IMG/VR virus record: IMGVR_UViG_3300042564_000716
Strand: one strand, 5' to 3'
Origin: an uncultured virus (IMG/VR IMGVR_UViG_3300042564_000716)
Taxonomy: Duplodnaviria; Heunggongvirae; Uroviricota; Caudoviricetes
Length of the DNA: 64,000 nucleotides
Below the pieces are notes generated by a model. That model did not search any database, was not told where the DNA came from, and worked only from the letters and a program-made list of their open reading frames with translations. Both the position numbers and the translations under genes were made by a program. Below are positions 19,680-28,702 of the stretch, one piece after another (positions within the stretch are counted from its first letter, which is position 1; every line of letters begins with the position of its first letter).

Positions 19680-20293
19680 TCCCCCACACTTGTGTTGCTG
19701 CCTGATGTGCTAATTGGGTAGATTAAAAAGTAAGCGCCAGATGCAACCGTATATGCGCCGCCCGGAGCTGCGCTAAGTTGGTACTGTGGAATAAATGTTC
19801 CACCAGCGTTAATTGACACTGTGCCCCTAAGCGTATATGTTGAAAATATAGTGGCTTGTGTTGATCCTGTCACCAGTGTTGTATTCGCCACACTTTGAAT
19901 ATACCCACCTAATTGTTGATATGAAGATACATCAGTGAAACTGGTCACGGACGCAGCTCTTGTAAACACAAAAGCAGCGTTGTTAACTGTAGCGGTCCCA
20001 CCAAAATTTAGTTGAAAATTATGCGATGTAGTTCCGGCGCTTTTACTTGTCGCAAAAATACATTCAAAGAAATAAACTGTGCTGCTGGACAGGGTTACTC
20101 CAGCCCCCAATATGCTTTGGGCTGCGGTTGAGTTAGCCCCTGCCAAGGCACTGTTTAACCTGTAATACTGCATCCCCGGCACAACGCCGCGCTGCAAACC
20201 TTGGGGTGTAAAGTAAGGAACTTTAGTGTCACACTCAAATGTTCCCGCACTTGCAGTTGTTAGGGTCTCGGCTGTTAAAACAAGTTTTCCCAT
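19670..20293 (-). CDS. Tail-fibre tip/receptor-binding module, paralog A
   Basis: Paralog of 18417..19076; AT-rich central part. Confidence 0.7.
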   Translation of the reverse strand: MGKLVLTAETLTTASAGTFECDTKVPYFTPQGLQRGVVPGMQYYRLNSALAGANSTAAQSILGAGVTLSSSTVYFFECIFATSKSAGTTSHNFQLNFGGTATVNNAAFVFTRAASVTSFTDVSSYQQLGGYIQSVANTTLVTGSTQATIFSTYTLRGTVSINAGGTFIPQYQLSAAPGGAYTVASGAYFLIYPISTSGSNTSVGEWA

Positions 20294-20302
20294 ATATTTC
20301 CT

Positions 20303-22360
20303 TTAAAGCACAACCCAACGCGAACCGCTGGATACGGTAACCGTGATGCCCGCATTTACAGTTACAGGGCCAGCGCTCATGCCATTATCGCCTGTTGCAA
20401 TTGTGTAGTTGGTGCTGATCGTTGCGTTGTTGACCACAATGCCGTTGCTGGCCCTTGGAGCCTTCACGCTAAGTTCGCCAGTGCTGGGCTTGAACAAATA
20501 CTGCGGATTGCTGGTGTATATCGTTGACGCTGTTCCACTCGTTGCTGCTGCAAATAACGGGTATACGTTTGTTGCCGTAGAGGTATCGTTGCTCAGCGTT
20601 ACTGAGGTGCCGCCGCCAGTACCGCCGTTGCCGCCGATCTGTGCGTACACCTCCCATGTGGAGCCATCATAGACAAACTGGACGCTGACCCCGGAAATGT
20701 CGCACACGAGGTTTTCAGCCAGACCGCCAATGGTTGATCCATTGCGCCCGACCGTTAGGTTGTTCGTCCCCCAATTGTTGCCAGCATCCGCCACAATCAC
20801 TTGAGCGCCTGCGGCTGGCGAAATAGGCAGTGTCACTGTGAACGACCCGCCAGAGGTGTCGGTCAAAACACCCTCTCTGTTGGCGGCGGTGTAGTTGGCT
20901 GTAACCAGAAAATAAGTAATGCCTGCCACCGGGCCTGTAGCCCAGTTAATCGACGAGCCGTCCCATGTGACGTTCTGCCCTGACACTGTTGGCGCTGGAA
21001 CAAAACCCGTGGCCCCTGCCCCAGTCTGGAAGGCAATTTGATTGGCTGCACCGCCTGCAAGGTTGGTAGACGTGGTGGCTGTCGTGGCGTTACCCGACAA
21101 AGCGGCTGTGATTGTTCCGGCAGCAAAGTTGCCCGAGGCGTCACGCGCTACGACCTTGGAGGCGGTGTTGGCCGATGTGGCATCAACAGCAATCGTGACT
21201 GGTGTTGTGCCGTTGTAGCTTGTACCAGTCAGATACCCATCAATGGTCAGGGCACTCGTGACACCACCAGACTGACCTGCAATATTGCCCGAGACCGCAG
21301 CGCCTGAAATGGCAATGGCTGTTGGCGTAACACCTGTGACCTGCCCTTGCGCGTTGGTTGTGATGACCGGGACGGAGGATGCAGAGCCGTACGTGCCCGC
21401 AGTACCGATGTTGGCAATGTTGAACGTGTAGGTTGGAGACTCGTTCAGGCCCGTGCCAGCCGTGTAGGTGATCGGCGCAGAGAACTGCTGAAAAACAATC
21501 GCTGTTGTGCCAATGGTTATGGGTGGAGGGGTCTGCTGCACCCAAGCGGTATTGACGTTTGCCGTGCCGCTGGTCACCAAGAAGAAGTCACCTTCGTCAA
21601 TCTCGTTAACTCCAGTGCCAACAGAATCAAAGTCTGTGGCACGGGTCAGGATGTAAGGTGTTCCAGCAGAGCCAACCTGCGTGACGGTGTAAACGCCGTT
21701 ATTGGCCCCTGCTGCTTCGTTCTTGACCAGTATCCGTTCTGTGGCAGTGGTCAGCGTGGAGTCCACGGACAGAGCGCCGTTGGCATTTCCTGTGAGCGTT
21801 GCCCCAACCCCGGATGTGCCGTTGTTGTAGGTATTTGCTGGCAGCGCTCCTGTGGTTGCCAAGTTGACCGCTTCATGGAAGTGGATGCCCGATGCAATTG
21901 CATCAGCGTATTGCTTGTTTACGATGTCCGTGTTGTTGACGGGCGCGTTGGCAACTGTTCCCGCCGTGATGTTAGCCGTTGAGATGTTGGCCGTACTAGT
22001 TCCCAGAGTTCCGATGTCCAGCGTTGTGACGGCGGAGCCTGCCGCGTCCAGATACACCGCCCGCGACGAGGGGTACGTGACAAACACGTCCTTGGTGCCA
22101 GCGCCAAAGTTCACCAACGAGCCCGCGTTACTGGACGACACCACGGTAGTCCGGGACAGGGTTGTGCCAGAGGCTGTGTAAGTGCCGACACCGACCTCCC
22201 AAGCGCCCGAGGTTGCGTCCACGATAGCGTAGAAGGTCTGGTTGCCATCACCCACAACAACAAAGGACTGGAAGCCTGCTGCCGCGCCCGCCAATGTGAC
22301 TGTGCCCGTGCCCGTCGTAGCAGTGGTTTCCTTGACGCGATCTTTGAGGACTAAAGCCAT
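20303..22360 (-). CDS. Main tail fibre protein (685 aa)
   Basis: LVLKDRVKET N-terminus, RILVKNE...NNGVY and LTRATDFD segments, G/T/A-rich fibre repeats. Confidence 0.85.
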   Translation of the reverse strand: MALVLKDRVKETTATTGTGTVTLAGAAAGFQSFVVVGDGNQTFYAIVDATSGAWEVGVGTYTASGTTLSRTTVVSSSNAGSLVNFGAGTKDVFVTYPSSRAVYLDAAGSAVTTLDIGTLGTSTANISTANITAGTVANAPVNNTDIVNKQYADAIASGIHFHEAVNLATTGALPANTYNNGTSGVGATLTGNANGALSVDSTLTTATERILVKNEAAGANNGVYTVTQVGSAGTPYILTRATDFDSVGTGVNEIDEGDFFLVTSGTANVNTAWVQQTPPPITIGTTAIVFQQFSAPITYTAGTGLNESPTYTFNIANIGTAGTYGSASSVPVITTNAQGQVTGVTPTAIAISGAAVSGNIAGQSGGVTSALTIDGYLTGTSYNGTTPVTIAVDATSANTASKVVARDASGNFAAGTITAALSGNATTATTSTNLAGGAANQIAFQTGAGATGFVPAPTVSGQNVTWDGSSINWATGPVAGITYFLVTANYTAANREGVLTDTSGGSFTVTLPISPAAGAQVIVADAGNNWGTNNLTVGRNGSTIGGLAENLVCDISGVSVQFVYDGSTWEVYAQIGGNGGTGGGTSVTLSNDTSTATNVYPLFAAATSGTASTIYTSNPQYLFKPSTGELSVKAPRASNGIVVNNATISTNYTIATGDNGMSAGPVTVNAGITVTVSSGSRWVVL

Positions 22361-22369
22361 TTTTGTTCC

Positions 22370-23086
22370 TTACGATGGCAGGTTGTTCCAGCCGGGAGAC
22401 TGCGCATCATTGATGTTCACCCAGCCGCTACCTTGAGCATTTACGATATTTTGCCAGTTTGGGTTCTGACTGTCGTCAATTACCACCCACACCAGCGTGC
22501 CGCCAATGTTAATGTAGAGCTGAACTCCGGTTGGATAGACGTTGGCCGTCTTGAGTACGCCTAGTTCGCTCAGAGCGCTAACCGCCTCAGAGATCGACAC
22601 AGAGAAGACGATGCCCCCCAGCAGCGCGTCCGCACCGCTGGCACCCTCCGCAATTGCCATAAAGACCGACACACTTCTGTTAGCAGCGTCCGCGCCTGTT
22701 GCGTTTTCTGCAACATCTACAGAGATCAGTAGGCCTCTATTTGCGGCATCAGCCCCTGTTGCGGCTTCTGACTGCGCGGCCAAGAAGGTGCCGATAGCAG
22801 CTTGGGCTTCGGTTGCCCCTGCTGCTTCAAAAACCTGCGCCAGCATGGTGGCAATGGCCGTTTGCAGACCTTGCGCTACAGCAGACTCCGATTGATTGGC
22901 GGATACGACTGCCGCTGCCGCCTGCACGGCTTGGCCCGCTACAGCCTCGTCAACAAGACCGCCGCGCAGCGAACTTATAACGACCACAGAATCAGTTGCA
23001 GTTGCCGTTTCTGCCTGCGCAACGGCGAACGTATTCCCGCCTAAAGCGGCGAAAGGTGCTTGGGCAAAAGTGACATCTCCAAACAC
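22370..23086 (-). CDS. Ala-rich repetitive structural protein
   Basis: Repeats of the ExAxGxD type; MFG...FAQAPFA N-terminus. Confidence 0.65.
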   Translation of the reverse strand: MFGDVTFAQAPFAALGGNTFAVAQAETATATDSVVVISSLRGGLVDEAVAGQAVQAAAAVVSANQSESAVAQGLQTAIATMLAQVFEAAGATEAQAAIGTFLAAQSEAATGADAANRGLLISVDVAENATGADAANRSVSVFMAIAEGASGADALLGGIVFSVSISEAVSALSELGVLKTANVYPTGVQLYINIGGTLVWVVIDDSQNPNWQNIVNAQGSGWVNINDAQSPGWNNLPS

Positions 23087-23098
23087 CGCACGTTCCGC

Positions 23099-23677
23099 TT
23101 AAGCGGCGTCAAGCGAGAAGGTGTACGTGACGTTCAGCGTGTCGCCGCTGTCAACCGTCTTGTCGCCGCCAGTGAAGTCGCCTGCCGAGAACAAGATGCC
23201 TGATGTGCCCGTGGCTACGCTGGAGAGAAACGCGCCAGCAACCACCGTGGCATTCACCAGCATGGCAAACGAAGACGGCGATGCGGAGTTGGTAATCACT
23301 GATGGGTCAGCCGTTGTGGCTGTACCAAACGTCACAGCCTTGCGGTTGCCAGTGTAGGCCGTGCCGGGAACCAGCTCCGTCCAACCAGCGTGCGAGGCAA
23401 GCGTGTCAGCAGCGGCAAATGTCGTACCAGAACCGGGGCCTTGCACCAAGCCCAAGTACCAATCGGCGGTGAAACCGATGCCCTTGAAATACTTGCTGTT
23501 CATATCTTGCAGACCTTGGTTGACCACAAGGTTGTGGAAGGTGTCAGACCATTTCTCTTGGCCATCTGCGCCCACGCAAGTGACGGTAAATACACCGCCA
23601 GCGCCCATGCGCTCACTGCCAGTGCGTTGGGTGATTAACCCTGCTGTGATGCTGTCTTGAGCTTTGCTGTGTTCCAT
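23099..23677 (-). CDS. Virion structural protein
   Basis: HNLVVNQG...GDTLNVTYT beta-rich fold, among tail genes. Confidence 0.7.
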   Translation of the reverse strand: MEHSKAQDSITAGLITQRTGSERMGAGGVFTVTCVGADGQEKWSDTFHNLVVNQGLQDMNSKYFKGIGFTADWYLGLVQGPGSGTTFAAADTLASHAGWTELVPGTAYTGNRKAVTFGTATTADPSVITNSASPSSFAMLVNATVVAGAFLSSVATGTSGILFSAGDFTGGDKTVDSGDTLNVTYTFSLDAA

Positions 23678-23686
23678 GATTTGTCC

Positions 23687-24133
23687 TTACGAGATACGCA
23701 CAATGGCGCTGTTGGCATCTGGGGTTGGGAAGATGATTTGGAAGGTGTCGTTGCTGACTGTCTTGTCTGCACCAAAATCCAGCACAGCCACAGACTTGTT
23801 GCCTTCGGTGCTGTTGTAGATTAGTGCGCCACGAGCCGTGAATGTGGCGCTTGTCCACGATGTGTTGGAGAAACTGAAGTAAGCCGTTGGCACGTTGGCG
23901 CTGTTGTTTGCCGCTACCGGTGTGACGTTGATGACCAGCGTGTTGCCGCCAGCCGTGTAGCCAGCACCAACAACTTCACCAGATGTTGTGTAAACAGCCG
24001 TTGACCCATCCAGATTGGCGGCAGCGGTGTACAGCGCAACCTTGAACGTGTCGGGCGATGTGGGGCCAAAGTTGTGGATGCCTTGCGGCAACTCGACCTT
24101 GAATGAAGTTGTTGCTGTTTGCGCGATTGTCAT
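23687..24133 (-). CDS. Virion structural protein
   Basis: TSFKVEL...FKVALYT...GYTAGG...ARGALIYN...VLDFG pattern. Confidence 0.7.
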   Translation of the reverse strand: MTIAQTATTSFKVELPQGIHNFGPTSPDTFKVALYTAAANLDGSTAVYTTSGEVVGAGYTAGGNTLVINVTPVAANNSANVPTAYFSFSNTSWTSATFTARGALIYNSTEGNKSVAVLDFGADKTVSNDTFQIIFPTPDANSAIVRIS

Positions 24134-24783
24134 GACACATTGACCCTTGTCTGGCCGTCACGGTATGTGTCGGTGCGTTGTTTGCCATCACCCAAATTCT
24201 TGAGTAACGAAAGAGCCTGTACGTACATATCTTGGTACAGCTTGACCATATCGGCCTCGCCCTTCATAAAGCGAATAGCTTCCACCAGTGAGCCGTTGAG
24301 CAGAGCAGAATCAAAATTCTCGCCTAACCATGTTACCCCGGCAGTCACGATGGACTCGGGGTAGTAGTAGTAATGCAGCTCAGCCGCGTACGCGGTATCC
24401 GGAGTAGGACCCAAAATGAACGTCAGCTCGTTCACATCGTTCGACTGAGGGCCAAAAATGGCGTAGTGCTTGGGCTTCCCAGTGGTTGCTGGATTGGGGT
24501 ACGCCTGACGGATGAAGTTCACATCCTTGTCCAACAAGAACTCGTAGTTCCCACCCGCCACCGGGTAGATGGCCAACGAGTACACCGACAGAAAATCATT
24601 GGGAGCTGCCAGATACTTGTTGTTCGCGGTCAACGATCCAGTGACGTTCTTGCGCAAGTTAGCCAACTGGACCGTGTTGTAGATTTTCTGTTCCGCTTGC
24701 TGGGCGAACATGGCGTACTGATCCTCTGTGAACTCGTTTTCACAGATGTCAGCAATGTTGGTCTTCAGCTCGGCGTAGTTCAT
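24130..24783 (-). CDS. Head-tail adaptor-like protein
   Basis: MNYAELK...GKPKHYA...GPTPD...LLNGSLVEA. Confidence 0.65.
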   Translation of the reverse strand: MNYAELKTNIADICENEFTEDQYAMFAQQAEQKIYNTVQLANLRKNVTGSLTANNKYLAAPNDFLSVYSLAIYPVAGGNYEFLLDKDVNFIRQAYPNPATTGKPKHYAIFGPQSNDVNELTFILGPTPDTAYAAELHYYYYPESIVTAGVTWLGENFDSALLNGSLVEAIRFMKGEADMVKLYQDMYVQALSLLKNLGDGKQRTDTYRDGQTRVNVS

Positions 24784-24786
24784 GCT

Positions 24787-25059
24787 TTATGCCATTGGGC
24801 CCCGGGCCATAACGCCCTTGGTAGCGCAGCCAGTACCACGGATTTTAATGCCGGTGGTCTTGACGTTATCCGCACCGGGATCGTTGGTGCTCACGCGGGG
24901 CGTGGCGGTATACCGCGTCATCTTGTTCGCGGCCAAGGTGTTGGGGTCTTTCATGACCTTTAGGCCCGTGCCAGCCTTGCCGTCCATGGTGTGCGGCTTG
25001 GCGTAGACGCTGGCATCACCAACTTCTTTGCCCATCATTTTTTTGCTGAAGGTTGCCAT
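24787..25059 (-). CDS. Small basic protein
   Basis: C-terminal IRGTGCATKG...RGPMA. Confidence 0.7.
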   Translation of the reverse strand: MATFSKKMMGKEVGDASVYAKPHTMDGKAGTGLKVMKDPNTLAANKMTRYTATPRVSTNDPGADNVKTTGIKIRGTGCATKGVMARGPMA

Positions 25060-25060
25060 T

Positions 25061-25228
25061 TCATTTCCCCTTGGGTGCAGACGATGTACGCTGGTTCATG
25101 ACCTTGGCCATGCCGCGTCCGTATTCTTTCATCTGCAAGTTGGTCTTGCCGCCCTTGGCAAGCTTGGTCGGTTTTGCACCGGGGTGCATGTTGGCTTCGT
25201 GTTTGCCCACTGCTTTTTTCGCGTCCAT
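25061..25228 (-). CDS. Small basic protein, 55 aa (below the ORF-track cutoff)
   Basis: AAGGAG ribosome-binding site; MDAKKAVGKHEANMHPGAKPTKLAKGGKT...; fills the gap exactly. Confidence 0.75.
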   Translation of the reverse strand: MDAKKAVGKHEANMHPGAKPTKLAKGGKTNLQMKEYGRGMAKVMNQRTSSAPKGK

Positions 25229-25239
25229 GTCAGACTCCT

Positions 25240-25629
25240 TTAAGATACCGATATTGTCACCGTGCCGATCAGCACAGTCAACGCCAATGTGTTGGGTGTG
25301 AGAAGCGTATCAAACGATCTCGACCCACCCACCGGGTTCCAACCCCACTGAATGTCCCTTGAGCCGCCAGACAGGTTCCCATCATCGTTTAAACCCGATG
25401 TGATGTAGGTCGTGTCCTTACGTGGGTTCCTGAGCGCTTGAGGGTCATCCACAGGAAATGTTCCAAGCATCAACTGCGGCTGATCCGGGTCCCAGCACTC
25501 CGGGCACACCAGCAGCTCATACTTGCGCTGCTTGATGATCTCGGTCCGCAACTTCTTGAGTTTGTACTGCTGCCCACAGCGGTCGCACATGGCAATCGCT
25601 TTGTGTCCAGATGCAAACCGGTTAGACAT
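25240..25629 (-). CDS. Zn-ribbon (CxxC...CxxC) protein; likely start MSNRF
   Basis: CDRCG...VCPECWD; start overlaps the upstream stop (TGATG). Confidence 0.7.
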   Translation of the reverse strand: MSNRFASGHKAIAMCDRCGQQYKLKKLRTEIIKQRKYELLVCPECWDPDQPQLMLGTFPVDDPQALRNPRKDTTYITSGLNDDGNLSGGSRDIQWGWNPVGGSRSFDTLLTPNTLALTVLIGTVTISVS

Positions 25630-26330
25630 CAGTAGCCACCGTTTCCAATGTGCGTTGCACGAGGAACAAACCTGACTGCCGCCTTCTCGCGGTCCTCGGT
25701 CGAGGCCAAATCCCAAGCCTCATCATACTGAGCCTTGAGCACCTGAAGGCGCTCCATGGCACCGGGAATCTTGAGCGCAAGGTGGTAGGCCAAGCCAGCC
25801 GTCATGGCCTCGTAGAAGCGAAACGGCATGTCCATGGTGTTCACACCCGTGCCAGCGTCCTGCATGCGGCGCAAGCGCCAGTACACGAACACGTAGGGCT
25901 GCGAGTTGTCTGGGATCGGATAAACCGTGAATCTTGGCGTGTCCAGACGCTCAATCCAAACCTGAATGGGACGGCCCTGAGCCAGCTTATTGGGGATCGT
26001 GGCGTAGGTAGAAACGCTGATCCGGGTGATGGTCAGGTCTGCCTGCGTTGACGCGCTGCCCGCGCCCGTTCGGATCACATGTTCCAGCAGGTCCACGGTG
26101 TCCGTTGGGAGCGGGTACGTGGCCTGCCCGGGCACCAGATTGATGGAGCCCTGCTCGTAGGTAAACATGTTCAGGCCACGGTTCGCCCAGTTAGAAAACA
26201 TGAGGTTCAGGGACCTACTGGCCGTGCGCAGGTCATAGCCGGTACGCAACTCACCGCCAGCGCGCTCAAACGCCTCCTCAACGATTTCCGTGAGGTCCAT
26301 ATTGAACGCTGTGGTGCCGGAGGTTGCCAT
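25629..26330 (-). CDS. Head-tail adaptor / tail tubular protein A-like
   Basis: EIVEEAFER...SLNLMFSNWANRG...GRPIQ...GLAYHLA. Confidence 0.65.
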   Translation of the reverse strand: MATSGTTAFNMDLTEIVEEAFERAGGELRTGYDLRTASRSLNLMFSNWANRGLNMFTYEQGSINLVPGQATYPLPTDTVDLLEHVIRTGAGSASTQADLTITRISVSTYATIPNKLAQGRPIQVWIERLDTPRFTVYPIPDNSQPYVFVYWRLRRMQDAGTGVNTMDMPFRFYEAMTAGLAYHLALKIPGAMERLQVLKAQYDEAWDLASTEDREKAAVRFVPRATHIGNGGY

Positions 26331-26581
26331 TATCTAAACCCTGCTGTTTTCTTTGCGATGGTCTTGGGCTGGGCTACAAACTGCTTGCCCGCCGCCTTAC
26401 CCGCACGCTTGGCTTTTGTGGTGGCCGCATACTCTGCGGGGCTGAGCGATTTTATCGCCTTCTCCGGCAAATAGCGCTCACCTGTTTTCGACGACGGCTT
26501 TCCACTCTTGGTGCGCCACTTCTGGTCGCCCCAGTCTTTGAGGGATTGCTGGGGCGCTTTCATGTCAGTCCCTGTACCCGC
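26330..26581 (-). CDS. Small basic protein; likely start MKAPQ near 26563
   Basis: QSLKDWGDQKWRTKSGK...GERYLP; the start is uncertain. Confidence 0.6.
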   Translation of the reverse strand, partial: AGTGTDMKAPQQSLKDWGDQKWRTKSGKPSSKTGERYLPEKAIKSLSPAEYAATTKAKRAGKAAGKQFVAQPKTIAKKTAGFR

Positions 26582-26840
26582 CGCCAGCGGCCTTGTACTT
26601 CTTGGCCACAAGCTGGGCCTTGCGGGCCGACCACTGGCCAGCTCCGGTGCCTTGCGTTGCAGCCGACTTGACTTGGCTCACGATCCGCTTGCGCAGCTCG
26701 GGCTTGGTGTAATTGCCAGCCGCGTTGACTTTACCGCCTTCAGCGTACTGCGTGAAGTCGGTGTCATCCCGGCGAGCTTTACGCTTGCCTTTGGGCATTT
26801 TGGAGGGGGAGATGGCCCCCATACCACGGCTGGCCAGCAT
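26565..26840 (-). CDS. Small basic protein
   Basis: NYTKPELR...GQWSARKAQL..K.YKAAGGGY. Confidence 0.7.
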   Translation of the reverse strand: MLASRGMGAISPSKMPKGKRKARRDDTDFTQYAEGGKVNAAGNYTKPELRKRIVSQVKSAATQGTGAGQWSARKAQLVAKKYKAAGGGYRD

Positions 26841-26841
26841 A

Positions 26842-27108
26842 TCAGCAGGTCTTTCCGCCCATGGCCATCTTGACCATCTTGCCTTTGGTGTGGCCCTTGG
26901 TCACACAGCCGTCAGCACGAGTCACTCCGCCTTTGGCGTAGCTTTTTTGGCCGCGCACGGCGTCACGAGGGTCGTCGGACGGCACTGTCTTCGACACCTT
27001 GTTATAGGCTTTGGTATCGGCTTCGGTAGCCTTCTTGTCCGCCATCATCTGACGGGCTTCTTTTTCTGCTGGACTCATGTTGATCTCCTTAGCAAGTTTT
27101 GCCGCCAC
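26842..27108 (-). CDS. Small basic protein (xxGG family)
   Basis: YAKGGVTRADGCVTKGHTKGKM; likely start at the ATG near 27078. Confidence 0.7.
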   Translation of the reverse strand: MAAKLAKEINMSPAEKEARQMMADKKATEADTKAYNKVSKTVPSDDPRDAVRGQKSYAKGGVTRADGCVTKGHTKGKMVKMAMGGKTC

Positions 27109-27475
27109 GGGTCATTTTGATCATGGTGCCCTTGGTTTTACCCTTGGTGGCAATACCGTCACGGCTTGGGGCTGCGGTTTTTACCGAACCCATCTTGGTC
27201 GTGCCAGCGGTGCCTCCAGCCTTCATGCCTTTGGCTTCCGCCATCTCGTGTTTGATCATGGATTTGGGAGCGCCCTTCTTCTTCATGAAGGCCATCTCTT
27301 TGCCAACCATTGCTTTAGATTCTTTCATATCGCCACCTTTTGAAAATTTGCGGCCCTTGTCCGCGTTGGAGAACTCTTTGCCCACTGATTGTGGGACGCC
27401 TGCTTTCTTCGCAAAGGCTGGGTTATTCGCCACAGCCGCCATGAAGTTGTGTTGCTTTTTACTCGTGCTGGGCAT
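27089..27475 (-). CDS. Small basic protein (xxGG family)
   Basis: MPSTSKKQHNFMAA...RDGIATKGKTKG. Confidence 0.7.
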   Translation of the reverse strand: MPSTSKKQHNFMAAVANNPAFAKKAGVPQSVGKEFSNADKGRKFSKGGDMKESKAMVGKEMAFMKKKGAPKSMIKHEMAEAKGMKAGGTAGTTKMGSVKTAAPSRDGIATKGKTKGTMIKMTRGGKTC

Positions 27476-27704
27476 GCCCGCCCCTCAGGTTGTCAATCTT
27501 GCGCTCAAGCCTGTCGAACCGGTCCAGCAACTGCTGCATATCTGCGCGAAACTCAGAACGGGTAATGTGGTCACGAGCAACTTCCTCGCGGGTCTTGTTC
27601 AGCAAAATGCTGAGCCGATCCAGCTCATCAAACTTGCCTTTAAGCAAGAAGCCCATGACCGCCACAATGGCGCTCAAGGCTGCGTTCCAAAGCATCATCT
27701 CCAT
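27459..27704 (-). CDS. Small membrane-anchored coiled-coil protein
   Basis: N-terminal TM, then TREEVARDHIT...FDRLERKID. Confidence 0.7.
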   Translation of the reverse strand: MEMMLWNAALSAIVAVMGFLLKGKFDELDRLSILLNKTREEVARDHITRSEFRADMQQLLDRFDRLERKIDNLRGGHAQHE

Positions 27705-27705
27705 G

Positions 27706-27966
27706 TCAGCACTTCCATCGCGCCAGTGACGCGGCTTTACGAGTGGGCTTGCCCTTCTCGTCTTTCATCGGACCCGGCATACCTGACATGCGTGCGCAGA
27801 ACGAGTCCTTGCGCTTGCCGCCCTGCGGCTGCGGGGCTTTGAGGTTGCTGCCGGTAGCGGCGTTGTATTTGGCACGGCCCTTGGCCGTCAGCCCAGCCCC
27901 CTTGGAGGCAGGCAGCTTCTCGCCACGACCGATTGCAAGGGAGGGGGTCTTCTTAGCCATTGACAA
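27706..27966 (-). CDS. Small basic protein
   Basis: GLTAKGR...RKDSFCARM...SLARWKC. Confidence 0.7.
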   Translation of the reverse strand: MSMAKKTPSLAIGRGEKLPASKGAGLTAKGRAKYNAATGSNLKAPQPQGGKRKDSFCARMSGMPGPMKDEKGKPTRKAASLARWKC

Positions 27967-28702
27967 CTTTCAGTTTGGGTGTGCAGTGCTGCTCGATCAG
28001 CGGCATGAGCACAGCTTCTTTGAAACTGCGGTGGTATTCCTGAGAGCCAACGTGCGGCAGGGTGATCTCTGGGTCGATGAAGACCGTGAAACCGTCCGCC
28101 CGGGCACGCTTGCAGAACGTGTAGTCCTCGCCAACGTACTGCCCATTGGTCAACTCGAAGTCGAACAGGGCGCTCTCGTTGCGGTTGTACACGTCGTTGA
28201 AGTAGGTCCACTCGGGGTGGCCTGCAACCATCTTCTCCAGCACATGGCGCTGGATCATCATGAAGCCTGTGGCCACGTTCTCAACGCGCAGCATGCCGTG
28301 CGGGTCAAACTCAAGCGTGTTGGCCTCGTCGATGTAGATGTCCAAGAAGAACTTGCGGTCCTCGGCTCTGCGGGTGTACATCCCGGCTGTGATGTCCTTG
28401 CCAGTGCTCAGCGCCAGCAGGCGAAGAACAGACTCTGCGTCCACCACGATGTCGGCATCGACGAACAACATGTCCGTGCAGTCCGACTCCAAGAAGTTGG
28501 CGACCAAAATGTTTCTGGCCTTGGTGATCAAAGAGCAGCCCGACAGATGCGACAGTTGAACTTGGACACCAAACTCCAAAGCCTTGACCACCAAATCGGC
28601 CAAGGCAAACGAAGTTTTGATGTTCAACTTGCCGTCGTAGGCAGGGATCGCAATCATCAGTTTGCGACCTGCAACAGCAATCGGGCGTGTCTCTTCAGCC
28701 AT
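27953..28702 (-). CDS. GT-A fold glycosyltransferase-like protein
   Basis: IAIPAY, SLITKARN, LFVDAD (DxD), ATGFMMI, GEDYTFC, LPHVG. Confidence 0.75.
   Translation of the reverse strand: MAEETRPIAVAGRKLMIAIPAYDGKLNIKTSFALADLVVKALEFGVQVQLSHLSGCSLITKARNILVANFLESDCTDMLFVDADIVVDAESVLRLLALSTGKDITAGMYTRRAEDRKFFLDIYIDEANTLEFDPHGMLRVENVATGFMMIQRHVLEKMVAGHPEWTYFNDVYNRNESALFDFELTNGQYVGEDYTFCKRARADGFTVFIDPEITLPHVGSQEYHRSFKEAVLMPLIEQHCTPKLKVVNG

Noticed and set aside
18417..20293. Diversity-generating retroelement (TR/VR pair)
   Set aside because: Both copies are coding, the differences are not adenine-specific and many are synonymous, and no reverse transcriptase is present in the window.
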